Positions 18,519 through 27,774 of a stretch of 64,000 nucleotides of DNA are shown in pieces; position 1 is the first letter of the stretch, and each line of letters begins with the position of its first letter. The notes under the pieces are model-generated. The model searched no databases. It saw only the letters and a program-made list of their open reading frames with translations, and was not told the DNA's origin. Both the position numbers and the translations under genes were made by a program. This stretch comes from Polyangiales bacterium (lineage in GTDB: Bacteria > Myxococcota_A > Polyangia > Polyangiales > Houyiibacteriaceae): positions 32,001 through 96,000 of the forward strand of contig JBGCFM010000016.1 in the NCBI GenBank assembly GCA_045106895.1, given 5' to 3'.

Positions 18519-19532
18519 CTAGTGTGATGTGAAGAGCCAGTAGAGGCCCGCGAGACTTAGGGCAAGCACGGTGCCCGCGAGGGCGTAGATCGCGACGTCC
18601 GCGCCACCGCCGCTGGGCGCTGCCGGGAGCTCGCTCGGAGATTCCTTCCGCGCCTCCGGCGAGGCCAGGCTTTCCATTGAGTCACCTGCCTCGTCCGGAG
18701 CTTCGCCCGCTCGCTCTTCGTCGCTGTCTTCGCTGTCTTCGCTCTCATCGAAGACCTCTTGCGCCGGCTTCGCGGATGGACTTGAGGGGCCCACGGGAAG
18801 CTCACTCATCGCTGCATCGTCTTCGCCCAGCATCGTCGCAAGAGATGCGGAGGCCGGGTCCTCGAAGCGCAGAATGGTGGCACCGAGGGTGAGCTCATCG
18901 CCGTGCGCGAGGCGCTTCGTTCGAATGCTGCGCTCTCCCACCAGAACCCCATTCTTGCTGCCGAGGTCTCGAATCACCACGCCTTCAAGATCATGAACGA
19001 TTTCCGCGTGCTCACGGCTCACGTCAGCGTCGTCGATGTGGAGATCCGCTTCGTCGCCACGGCCTGCGGTCCAGTTGGAGGGAGGAGCGGGGAGCTCAAC
19101 CCATTCACCGGCGCGGGAGCCGTTCACGAAGAAGAGCGAGGGAGGCTTGAAGTTCTCGTTCGGATCGATCCGGAAGAGCCGAAGTGCAGCGGCGGCGGTC
19201 CCGTCGGCGCTCGTCGAGATGGCGACGGCCTCCATGGAGACGACAAGCGAGAAGCCGCCGATGTCGAGCACGTCTCCGTCGGCGATGGGTTTTGCGCGAC
19301 CGGGAACAACACGCTCGCCATTGACGCGGACCCCATTTGTGGAGCCCTCATCGATGACTGAATAGTTCGGTCCGGACGCGCGAATCGTCGCGTGATGGCC
19401 AGACACTGCGGTGTGCGGCAGTTGGACATCGCATCCACCTCTTCGGCCAATAACGATTCGATCTTGGTCGAAGGAAAGGGAGACGCGACCGTCGGCGATC
19501 CAGCCGGATTCGATTTGCAGGCGCACTCCCAT
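18519..19532 (-). CDS. tandem FHA-domain protein with C-terminal TM
   Basis: Two FHA signatures (IGR..VSGHHA..D.GSTNG and AGR..VSREHA..DLGSKNG), acidic linker, TM tail. Confidence 0.9.
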   Translation of the reverse strand: MGVRLQIESGWIADGRVSLSFDQDRIVIGRRGGCDVQLPHTAVSGHHATIRASGPNYSVIDEGSTNGVRVNGERVVPGRAKPIADGDVLDIGGFSLVVSMEAVAISTSADGTAAAALRLFRIDPNENFKPPSLFFVNGSRAGEWVELPAPPSNWTAGRGDEADLHIDDADVSREHAEIVHDLEGVVIRDLGSKNGVLVGERSIRTKRLAHGDELTLGATILRFEDPASASLATMLGEDDAAMSELPVGPSSPSAKPAQEVFDESEDSEDSDEERAGEAPDEAGDSMESLASPEARKESPSELPAAPSGGGADVAIYALAGTVLALSLAGLYWLFTSH

Positions 19533-19667
19533 TCGCCCCGACTCTCGCAAAGTCATCACGCTTGGTCGACTTTCGCGCGAAACTCGGCTTTGTCGAAAAC
19601 TGGACGCCAAGGTCGCTTCTAAGGCATTCGAACCCTACGCGGCATTTCGCCGTACGGGAGAAAAACG

Positions 19668-21416
19668 ATGCAGGCAGCCACCGAACGCAGGGATCCAGTC
19701 GCGACGCGAGTGCCCCTGGACGACGTTCTGATCAACCTTTCGCCGGAGGGGTTCCACGAGACATTCGCTGCCGACGGCGTGAACGTTGGCGTGGGCGGTG
19801 TGTCGATTCGCTCGGCCATCTTGCCGGACGTCGGGGCAAAACTTCATTGCCGATTCCAATCGCCCCACGACGGACACGCTGTGGATGCAGACTGCGAAGT
19901 CGTGTGGTCACACGCCAGCGGCTCCAACGTCGGCGAGTTCGGCATGCGCTTTACGGGCATGACGACGGACGACCAGGCTTCTATTGAAGAGCTCGTCGAA
20001 GCTTGGAACCAGGACCTGCTGGCGGACATCGAGCCTGTACAGGCAGCGGAGCCACCTCAGTCGCTCAACGTCAAACTACACCTCGATGGCGTTGGTTCAC
20101 CCATCGAAGCAGAAGCGATGCATCGCGCAGAGGACGCGCTCGTCGTTGAACAGAGCCTGCCGTTCCTGCGAATCGGAACGGGCGTCAGCGAAGGAAACCG
20201 GCGCGGCACCCTGCAGTCCGTGGACCTTCGAATCGAAGATGACCTTCCTCGCCTTGTGATGACGGTCTGTTACGAGGACGAGCAAGCGTCGGAAGAGGAA
20301 AAGCCGTCGGGTGATGTGACGCTCCTCGAAGGCGAAGCCCCGGCGCAGCCCCTCGCCGACATGCACAGCGCACGCGCGGATGCGAGCGTTTCGCTGCCGA
20401 ACGATGGTCCGAGTACCCCTTTGGAGTTGGAAACGGCGCTTCCCGAGGAAGCGGAAGAGCGCGAGGCCGTCGTCGAGCTTCGCTACGACGCGAGCAACGA
20501 AGAGGCCATCGAGAGCGAGAGCGAGGGCGCCGCAGTGGACGACGATGAGTCGCTTGTCGCGCAGCTCAAGCCAGACTTTCGCCGCTCACTTCGCGCTTTC
20601 GGCTCAAAACTCGCGCCCCTGTGGGCACGTGTTCGGGCACTGGGCCTCGCGCTGTGGATCAAGGCGGGACCGCGCGCGCGTGCTCTCGGCGCTCGCACGA
20701 AGACCTTCGCCTCGCTCCTGGGCAAGAAGGCCGGGGCGAGCGTGGGTACACTTCGGGCGCGCATTACGAAGCGCTCGACGACCCAGGTGAAGACTTCCAA
20801 GCGGACCGCAGCACCGAAGCGAACCAAACAAGGAGATGCGCCTGCGGCGCCGAAGCGCGGCGTCGGGCGCTACGTTCTTGGCGGAGTCATCGTACTCCTC
20901 GCGCTCGGTTACTTCGTGTCGCAGCTGAGCGCTGAGACGCCCACTGTGTTGAAGAGCGAGGCAGCCCCGGAGCCCGTGGTTGACCCTGAAGCGGGCGACG
21001 AGACATTCGCGACGCCGGAACCCGTCGAAGCGGCCGTCGCCCCAAGCGCCGCGCCAGGTGAGGTCCCAGCAGCTTCCCCTTATGCCAGCGAGAGCACTGC
21101 CACGGACGTTGAGTCAGCGGAGAAGTTCGAGTCTGGCGACGTGGGTGGCGGACGTAGCTACACGCTCCGAATGAGTCTCCCCCCGCGCGGGATGCGCGGT
21201 CAGGACACAGAGGACGGCATCCGCGTTGTGATCCTTGGCAGCAACGCTATCGATGGTGCGCGTCGAATCGCGTCTGCGGACCCACGCATCTCATCGGCGT
21301 CGATTCTCAACCATGGCGAGGAAGCGGAGCTTCGTCTTCGTTTCACCGAGGGCGACCGACCTGGCTACCGAATCGAATCACGTAGCTCCACGCTCGTGAT
21401 CACCATCGGCGACTGA
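19668..21416 (+). CDS. PilZ-domain single-pass membrane protein with periplasmic C-terminal (AMIN-like?) domain
   Basis: ERR....RVPL, NVGVGGV, EVVW...FGMRF PilZ pattern; TM YVLGGVIVLLALGYFV. Confidence 0.7.
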   Translation: MQAATERRDPVATRVPLDDVLINLSPEGFHETFAADGVNVGVGGVSIRSAILPDVGAKLHCRFQSPHDGHAVDADCEVVWSHASGSNVGEFGMRFTGMTTDDQASIEELVEAWNQDLLADIEPVQAAEPPQSLNVKLHLDGVGSPIEAEAMHRAEDALVVEQSLPFLRIGTGVSEGNRRGTLQSVDLRIEDDLPRLVMTVCYEDEQASEEEKPSGDVTLLEGEAPAQPLADMHSARADASVSLPNDGPSTPLELETALPEEAEEREAVVELRYDASNEEAIESESEGAAVDDDESLVAQLKPDFRRSLRAFGSKLAPLWARVRALGLALWIKAGPRARALGARTKTFASLLGKKAGASVGTLRARITKRSTTQVKTSKRTAAPKRTKQGDAPAAPKRGVGRYVLGGVIVLLALGYFVSQLSAETPTVLKSEAAPEPVVDPEAGDETFATPEPVEAAVAPSAAPGEVPAASPYASESTATDVESAEKFESGDVGGGRSYTLRMSLPPRGMRGQDTEDGIRVVILGSNAIDGARRIASADPRISSASILNHGEEAELRLRFTEGDRPGYRIESRSSTLVITIGD

Positions 21417-21421
21417 GGCCG

Positions 21422-22981
21422 CTAGCGCCAGATAGGCAACCGTACAACGAAGCAGGCGCCGTCTTTGTAGGAGGCGTCGAGTTCGATGGAGCCTGATTGC
21501 AGGCTCAGAATGTTGCGGACGATGGATAGACCCAGTCCCGTTCCATCGCCTTCGCGCTTCGTAGAAAAGAAAGGCTCGAAGATCTCTTCGTGCAGAGCGT
21601 TCGGTACGCCGGGGCCATTGTCGATGACTCGAATCGTGACATCGTCGCCTTCCAAGGCGGCGATGATTCTAATTTGGCCGTCGCTTGCCGTCGCGTGACA
21701 CGCGTTTGTGATGAGGTTGATCAACACCTGCTGGAGCGAGGCTCGGACGCCTCGCGCGCCGGGAAAGTCTTCTGGAAGGTCGAGTTGAACCCGCGTATCG
21801 ACGTCACGGATCAGGTGTTCGCAGAACCCCAGCGATTCATCGATGAGGCCGCCAACGTTCACGCGAGTCGCATGGCCTTGGGCTGGGCGAGCGTAGGAAA
21901 CGAGACTCTGGGTGAAGCGCTTCATTCGCAACGAGCTCTCCACGATGCGAGCAAGCGCCTCGACTTCTTTCACAGGGCGTGACTTCTTCGCTGCGATGGA
22001 GTGCATGTGTTCTGAGTACGCGAGGATGCTGGTCAGAGGGTTGTTCAACTCATGCACGACGCCGGCGGCGAGCTGCCCGAGCGTCGCGAGCTTCTCCGCG
22101 TGGATCACCTGTTGCTCGAGGTTGCGGAGGGTGCGCAGGTCCCGACAGATAACGAGCGCACCCGCACCGCGGAGGGCCGGGTGAGCGAGTGGCAGAAACT
22201 CGAGGCCGACGCGCAGCGTCGACGCGGCTCCGACGAGGTCGCACTCCACGGCGGTGCCGTTGCGAGTGGCTTGTTCTACGTGCGGCCAGTCCCTCGGAGC
22301 GATGAACTCTGACCACGGCTTGGAGTTCACGCTCGCTCGACCGATTAGATGACAGAATCCCTGGCTCGCAACGAGGACACAGCCGGCGCCGTCCACGAGT
22401 ACCAGCGGAACATCCGCGCGGCGCATGAGGGCCGTGACGTAATCGCCGAGTGGCGTGTGCGTGGGTCGGTGGTGGGTGCGCTCGATTCGCGGAGCAAGAG
22501 TCGCAGCGATAAGTCGCACTTCGGTTTCTCGCCCCTCATCGGGCTCGCTCGCTTCATGGGAGATCACGCCAAGTGCCCGTCGGCCTGCGACGAGTACCGC
22601 CTGAAAACCACCGCGCTGTACAGGCTGGTAGAGATCCACAAGCTGAACGCTTGGGTGCGTGTTTTCATCGCTGAGTCCGGCTTCAACCCAGGCCTGGCGG
22701 GTCACCGAAAGAGTTGCCGTCGCGGGAACGCGGGATGAGGTCCGCTGCAGCGCGATGTCGTGCTCACTCAGTAGGTGAATGGCCCAGAATCCATCTGCGT
22801 CGAGCTCCCGGAAGAACTCGAAATAGAGATCAATGAGGTCGGCAACATCAACATCGGGTCCTGCACTCGCGCCAAGCCGCAGGAGTTTCTCCGGGAAAGT
22901 TGCCGTTTTGATTTGCAGCGCGTGAACGCCACTGTGTGCAGGTTTTCGAGGCAGGCGCTCGTCCTTGTCGCTAACGCTCAT
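21422..22981 (-). CDS. PAS-domain sensor histidine kinase (NtrB-like)
   Basis: EKLATLGQLAAGVVHELNNPL, QVLINLITNA, DNGPG, FEPFFSTK, GTGLGL. Confidence 0.93.
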   Translation of the reverse strand: MSVSDKDERLPRKPAHSGVHALQIKTATFPEKLLRLGASAGPDVDVADLIDLYFEFFRELDADGFWAIHLLSEHDIALQRTSSRVPATATLSVTRQAWVEAGLSDENTHPSVQLVDLYQPVQRGGFQAVLVAGRRALGVISHEASEPDEGRETEVRLIAATLAPRIERTHHRPTHTPLGDYVTALMRRADVPLVLVDGAGCVLVASQGFCHLIGRASVNSKPWSEFIAPRDWPHVEQATRNGTAVECDLVGAASTLRVGLEFLPLAHPALRGAGALVICRDLRTLRNLEQQVIHAEKLATLGQLAAGVVHELNNPLTSILAYSEHMHSIAAKKSRPVKEVEALARIVESSLRMKRFTQSLVSYARPAQGHATRVNVGGLIDESLGFCEHLIRDVDTRVQLDLPEDFPGARGVRASLQQVLINLITNACHATASDGQIRIIAALEGDDVTIRVIDNGPGVPNALHEEIFEPFFSTKREGDGTGLGLSIVRNILSLQSGSIELDASYKDGACFVVRLPIWR

Positions 22982-24950
22982 CGGATGCCTTTTCGATATC
23001 CAGAATCCGCTGCTCGCCTACGTAAGACTTGGTCTCGTAGCGTGACATCCGACCGATCTTTCGAACGATGTCGGCCATGCGATCGGCTTCCCGGTACATG
23101 ACGCTGGCAGCCCGATGCTCTGGTGTCCCTGTGGGGATCTTCCGTTTGAGGAGCTCGGCGTACGCCATGAGGCTCGTGAGCGGCTGGTTGAGTTCGTGTG
23201 CTGCCGTTCCCGCGCGTTCGGCGACGAGGGAGTTCTTTTCGCTCGCAGCAAGTCGCCCCTGGGCTTCGGCGAGGCGTCCCTCGACGAGCAGTTTTTCTCG
23301 AAGGTCCGTGAAGATCCCGAACGTCGCCGACGGCTCGCCCGCTTCGTAGATCATGGACGCCGAGAGTCGGATAGGAATGTTCTCTCCACCTTTGGCGCGC
23401 GCGTGCAAGTTGGAGGGAGAGAGCCGGCCGGCTCCGCCGTGTTCATCGCTACGGAGACGCCGCATGATCTGGTACGCCTCGCCCGGCGGATAGAGGTCTC
23501 GTGTGGTGAGACGGCCGATGACTTCTTCGGCGGCGTAGCCGTAGATCGCCTCGGCCCCGCGATTGAAGAGGATGACGTTGCCGTTCATGTCAGCTGCGAC
23601 GATTCCGTCCACGCTGGCGTCCACGAGGGACTCAAGAAACTCCATCGTCTTGACGAGCTCGGCCTCTGTCCGGCGTTGTTCAGTGACGTCTTGAAAGGTA
23701 ACGAGGACGGAGTCCGGTGCATCGGCCAGCGTCGAGAACGAAGCTGTGCAGATGCGATAGTCTTCCCCTGCGCGCTGCACTCGGAGGTCGACGCCGCGCG
23801 GGTGAATACCTTTCGGCAGGTCCGCCCACAGTCTGATGATGCGGCTTCGATCGTTGCGGTGAATGAGCTTTCGAACCAGGAAGTTCTCGTGCGTCGCCGG
23901 GGACGCAGCGACGATTTCGTATGCGCGTGGGTTCGCAAAGAGCAGCCGTCCGGACTTTTCGTCGATGACGGCGATTCCCTCCGCCGCGGAGGTGAAGAGG
24001 TCCGCGTAACGGTGGAGCTCTTCGAGTCGCTGCTCGGCTTCGAAGCGGGCAAAGGTGATCTCTTGGGTGTGATCCCGTAGCGACTGCATCACGCGCGCGT
24101 TGCGGAGAGCGACCGCCGTGGCGTTGGCGATGACCTGGCAGAAGCGCGTCTCGCGTTCGTCCAATACTCCTCGCTCGACGGCGGAGCGAAGGAACAAGAC
24201 ACCGACGGCTTGGCCTCGCCAAGTAATCGGAAAGAGCGTCATGGAGCTCAGCTTGTCCGTGACGAAACTATCCCGGACGGAGTCCAGAATCGGGTGGGTC
24301 GCCGCATCATGGATGGTGAGGCTCTCGCCGCTTCTCAAGACGCTCTGAATCTCCGGGTACTTCTTCAGATCGATTCGAAGGTTTGCGAGGGCGCTATCGT
24401 CGCTGGCGACGACGACGTATCCCACGTCGCCGGCATCTGACTCCGGGGTGACAACGACGGAGACGCGGTCGACGAGCATCACCTCCGCGATTCGACGAAC
24501 CACGGTGTAGAGAATCTCCCGAAAGTCGAGGGAGGAGGAGAGGGCCTGTGTCAGCTCCAACATGACCTCGGCGTCACGTTTTGCGCTCGTGACCTCATTC
24601 AGTCGTTCCGCTTCACTCAGCATGCTCTGAACGCGGAGCGTGACTTCCAGATCGGAGGCCTGGCCGACGATGAAGTCGTCGACGGAACGTGCGAGGGCGC
24701 GATAGTTGTCCGTGAGCGCAGGAACGATCAGAAGGGTCGAACAGGGGTAAGAAGACTGAGTGAGGGGTGCGATCCAAGCCTTGGCTCTCTCCTCGGTGCT
24801 CGCATAAAGAACCGCGAGCGTAGGCTCTGTGGGTGGCTCCGAAATACCGCGCGCCTCTCCGGGGCTGAGTCCGGCGGCCTCAAGGGCCTCAAGGGTCTCA
24901 GGCGAAATCGGCTCATGACTGACGAGCAGAAGCTTGGGAACGAACGTCAT
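22971..24950 (-). CDS. receiver-like/GAF/PAS/PAS/HisKA protein lacking an ATPase domain
   Basis: GAF region (VGVLFL..VIANATAVALRNA), PAS (FNRGAEAIYGYAAEEVIG), H-box AAHELNQPL; ends ~75 aa later with no N/G boxes. Confidence 0.8.
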   Translation of the reverse strand: MTFVPKLLLVSHEPISPETLEALEAAGLSPGEARGISEPPTEPTLAVLYASTEERAKAWIAPLTQSSYPCSTLLIVPALTDNYRALARSVDDFIVGQASDLEVTLRVQSMLSEAERLNEVTSAKRDAEVMLELTQALSSSLDFREILYTVVRRIAEVMLVDRVSVVVTPESDAGDVGYVVVASDDSALANLRIDLKKYPEIQSVLRSGESLTIHDAATHPILDSVRDSFVTDKLSSMTLFPITWRGQAVGVLFLRSAVERGVLDERETRFCQVIANATAVALRNARVMQSLRDHTQEITFARFEAEQRLEELHRYADLFTSAAEGIAVIDEKSGRLLFANPRAYEIVAASPATHENFLVRKLIHRNDRSRIIRLWADLPKGIHPRGVDLRVQRAGEDYRICTASFSTLADAPDSVLVTFQDVTEQRRTEAELVKTMEFLESLVDASVDGIVAADMNGNVILFNRGAEAIYGYAAEEVIGRLTTRDLYPPGEAYQIMRRLRSDEHGGAGRLSPSNLHARAKGGENIPIRLSASMIYEAGEPSATFGIFTDLREKLLVEGRLAEAQGRLAASEKNSLVAERAGTAAHELNQPLTSLMAYAELLKRKIPTGTPEHRAASVMYREADRMADIVRKIGRMSRYETKSYVGEQRILDIEKASDER

Positions 24951-25106
24951 TCGGTCCACGGATACTACCAGTTTGGGGCGGCCAATGCCGAACCCCACGA
25001 ACAGGAGCAGTCACGCGTCACAAGAACATCGCTCTGTGGGCGTCCGGCGAAGCATGGGAGACGATTCTGCGTGACTCCCTCACCCAGTGAGAGCTAGGTC
25101 TTTGGG

Positions 25107-25928
25107 GTGATGGAGAGCAAAAGGACAGACGAGCGGCCCATCGGCGTGTTCGACAGTGGCCTCGGGGGCCTAACGGTGGTTCGCGCGATTCGTCAGCGCA
25201 TGCCCAATGAGAACATCGTTTATCTAGGCGACACGGCGCGCGTGCCATACGGGACTCGATCGGCACAAACCGTCATTCGATATGCACAAAGCTGCGCACG
25301 GGCACTGGCTACCCACGACCCCAAACTCCTCGTCGTGGCGTGCAACACGGTCAGCGCTGTCGCGCTCGATACCCTTCGTGTTGAGCTGGATGTACCCGTG
25401 CTGGGCGTCATCTCTCCCGGTGCCCGGGCGGGCGTGGAGGCATCGAAGACCGGACGCATTGCGGTCATCGCGACGGCCGGGACGGTGGCGTCTGGGGCGT
25501 ATCCCCGTGCCAGCGCTGCCATCGACTCGCGCGTCGAACTCCAATCCCTCGCGGCTCCGCTCCTGGTGCCTTTGGCGGAGGAGGGGTGGCTTGAGGGCGA
25601 AGTGCCGGAGCGCGTCATCGAGCGCTATTTGAGCCCTCTCGCAGGCTCCGGGGTGGACGCACTTATTCTGGGCTGCACCCACTACCCGCTCTTTCGTGGG
25701 CTTATCGAAAGCGTCGGGCAACGTGTGGTGGGCCCGGAACTCGTCGTTGCGGACAGCGCTGAGGCGACGGCGCTGGAACTCGAATCGCTCCTGGAAACAC
25801 GTGAGATGACAGCTTCGGGACCCGGTTCGCTTCAGGTCATGGTCACGGACTTGCCCGCACGTTTTGCGGCTGTGGCTACACGCTTCTTGGGCGCCGACGT
25901 CCCTGCGGTCACGCCGATCGATCTCTGA
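25107..25928 (+). CDS. murI: glutamate racemase
   Basis: IGVFDSGLGGLTV, PYG, VACNT, LGCTHYP. Confidence 0.96.
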   Translation: MMESKRTDERPIGVFDSGLGGLTVVRAIRQRMPNENIVYLGDTARVPYGTRSAQTVIRYAQSCARALATHDPKLLVVACNTVSAVALDTLRVELDVPVLGVISPGARAGVEASKTGRIAVIATAGTVASGAYPRASAAIDSRVELQSLAAPLLVPLAEEGWLEGEVPERVIERYLSPLAGSGVDALILGCTHYPLFRGLIESVGQRVVGPELVVADSAEATALELESLLETREMTASGPGSLQVMVTDLPARFAAVATRFLGADVPAVTPIDL

Positions 25929-26045
25929 GACGTGCAAAACACGAGCGAAACGCCGTAAGCTTTTGCACGCTCGCTCAATAATCTGGTGATGAGCCGCGAA
26001 AAGAGGGCTGGAGAGCTGGCACTTCCCTTGCTAGGACGTCAGGTG

Positions 26046-27161
26046 ATGCCGCTCCATGCCTCCGCTCTGTTTTCGACCGTTCTCGTCGTGCTCTTGGGCG
26101 CGTGTGGTGCTCGGACCGGGCTGAACTCGCCAGACGACGGGACCACCGATGCTGGGGTGTCCGACGCAAGCACTCTCCCCGATGTGCCCTTTAGCGATGT
26201 ACCCACGGACATCCCGGCGGACATCCCGTCGGACATTCCCCTCGATGTTCCCCCCGACGTATGGGTCCCTATGTGCCCAGACTCGGTCCGGGTCTCGGGT
26301 CGCGAAGCATCGATTCCCGTCGACACCATCTGGGCCCTCGACACCAGCTTCTCCATGGAAGACGACCTCGTGCGGATGCGTGACAACATCGAGCGCTTTT
26401 GGGATGCGCTCTCCATGGCGGATGTGGACAGTCGCACCATCTTCGTGTCCCAAGAAGGCTATGCGCCTCCACCTCCGGCCGGCTTCAGCGGTCGCTTCTT
26501 GGAGGTGAACGAACGCGTCGGCAGCTGGGACGCACTGCTTCGCCTGCTGAGCGCTCACGTGTACTACGGCTCCCGGCTTCGGCCCGATGCGATCACCCAC
26601 TTTATTGTGGTCACAGACGACGACAGCCGCGCGATGCCGTGGGAAAATTTCTTTGCGTCGATGACGGACCTCTTGGGACATGAGTTTACGTTTCATGCCG
26701 TCGCTTCCGAGCAGCTCCCCCCAACGCCGGACAACCCGCGCGGCGTGTGCTCCTCCAGCAACGGGTCTGCGTACCGAGCCGGCGCCGAGTACTACGCGCT
26801 GGCGGATGAGACCGGCGGCTTGAAGATGAGCATCTGCGAGGATGATTGGTCGGAGCTCTTTGAGCGCATCAACGAACGAATCGCCGTCCGTGTTCCGCTC
26901 CCGTGTGCGTACTCCCTGCCTTCGCCGCCTCCTCCGGGGATCACCTACCGGGCCGACCGGTTTACGGTTCTCGCGAACGTTCCAGGCGAATCCGGACCAC
27001 GTGTGGTGCCACGAGTCGACGGAGAAGCGAGCTGCGATGCCGGCGCCGAGGGCTGGTGGTTCTTTGAAGGCAGCGATCGCGTGCACCTCTGCGCAAACAC
27101 CTGCACAGAGTACGAGGCCGTCGATGCACGCATCGAAATCGACCTCGGCTGCGACATGTAG
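26046..27161 (+). CDS. vWA-domain lipoprotein (CglB-like)
   Basis: Lipobox LGAC; D-x-P spacer repeats; DTSFSM MIDAS; FIVVTDD; LADETGG..SICEDDW; Cys-rich C-terminus. Confidence 0.75.
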   Translation: MPLHASALFSTVLVVLLGACGARTGLNSPDDGTTDAGVSDASTLPDVPFSDVPTDIPADIPSDIPLDVPPDVWVPMCPDSVRVSGREASIPVDTIWALDTSFSMEDDLVRMRDNIERFWDALSMADVDSRTIFVSQEGYAPPPPAGFSGRFLEVNERVGSWDALLRLLSAHVYYGSRLRPDAITHFIVVTDDDSRAMPWENFFASMTDLLGHEFTFHAVASEQLPPTPDNPRGVCSSSNGSAYRAGAEYYALADETGGLKMSICEDDWSELFERINERIAVRVPLPCAYSLPSPPPPGITYRADRFTVLANVPGESGPRVVPRVDGEASCDAGAEGWWFFEGSDRVHLCANTCTEYEAVDARIEIDLGCDM

Positions 27162-27165
27162 CGCA

Positions 27166-27750
27166 GTGGCGTACGAGCGATTCGACGCCGAATACTACGC
27201 GCGTCACTACAACACCCCCGAGACACAAGTCGCCTCGTCCGAGTCCACGGAGCGACTGGCTGGGTTCGTCGTGTCGTATCTTCGTTACCTTCAGATCGAT
27301 GTTGAGCAAGTTCTCGACCTGGGCTGTGGTGAAGGTCTGTGGCGTGACGTGCTTCGCGCGCGTCTTCCAAAAGTCGACTACCGGGGCGTCGAGGTGAGCG
27401 CTCATATGTGCGAAAAGCACGGGTGGGTTCAGTCCTCCATTGGCGAGTACACCGGGCCGCCGGCGGATCTCGTGGTGTGCCAAGGCGTCCTCCAGTACCT
27501 GGACGACAAAGAGGCCGAGGCGGCGATCACAAAGCTCGCTTCGCTCACGCGAGGAGCGCTCTACCTAGAAGCCCTCACCAAAGCTGACTGGCGCGACGCG
27601 TGTGATCAGAGCGTCACGGACGGCGCCGTTCATCTGCGCACGGGGGCTTGGTATAAGAAGCGACTTCGGAAGCACTTTGTGCTCGTTGGCGGCGGCCTCT
27701 TCGTACCCCTCGATGGCGACGCCGTTCTCTTCGAACTCGAGCGAGCGTAG
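27166..27750 (+). CDS. class I SAM-dependent methyltransferase
   Basis: VLDLGCGEG motif I, GVE, DLVVCQGVLQY; GTG start just after the upstream stop. Confidence 0.85.
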   Translation: MAYERFDAEYYARHYNTPETQVASSESTERLAGFVVSYLRYLQIDVEQVLDLGCGEGLWRDVLRARLPKVDYRGVEVSAHMCEKHGWVQSSIGEYTGPPADLVVCQGVLQYLDDKEAEAAITKLASLTRGALYLEALTKADWRDACDQSVTDGAVHLRTGAWYKKRLRKHFVLVGGGLFVPLDGDAVLFELERA

Positions 27751-27774
27751 TCGCTTCTAAGCGTTCGATTGGGG

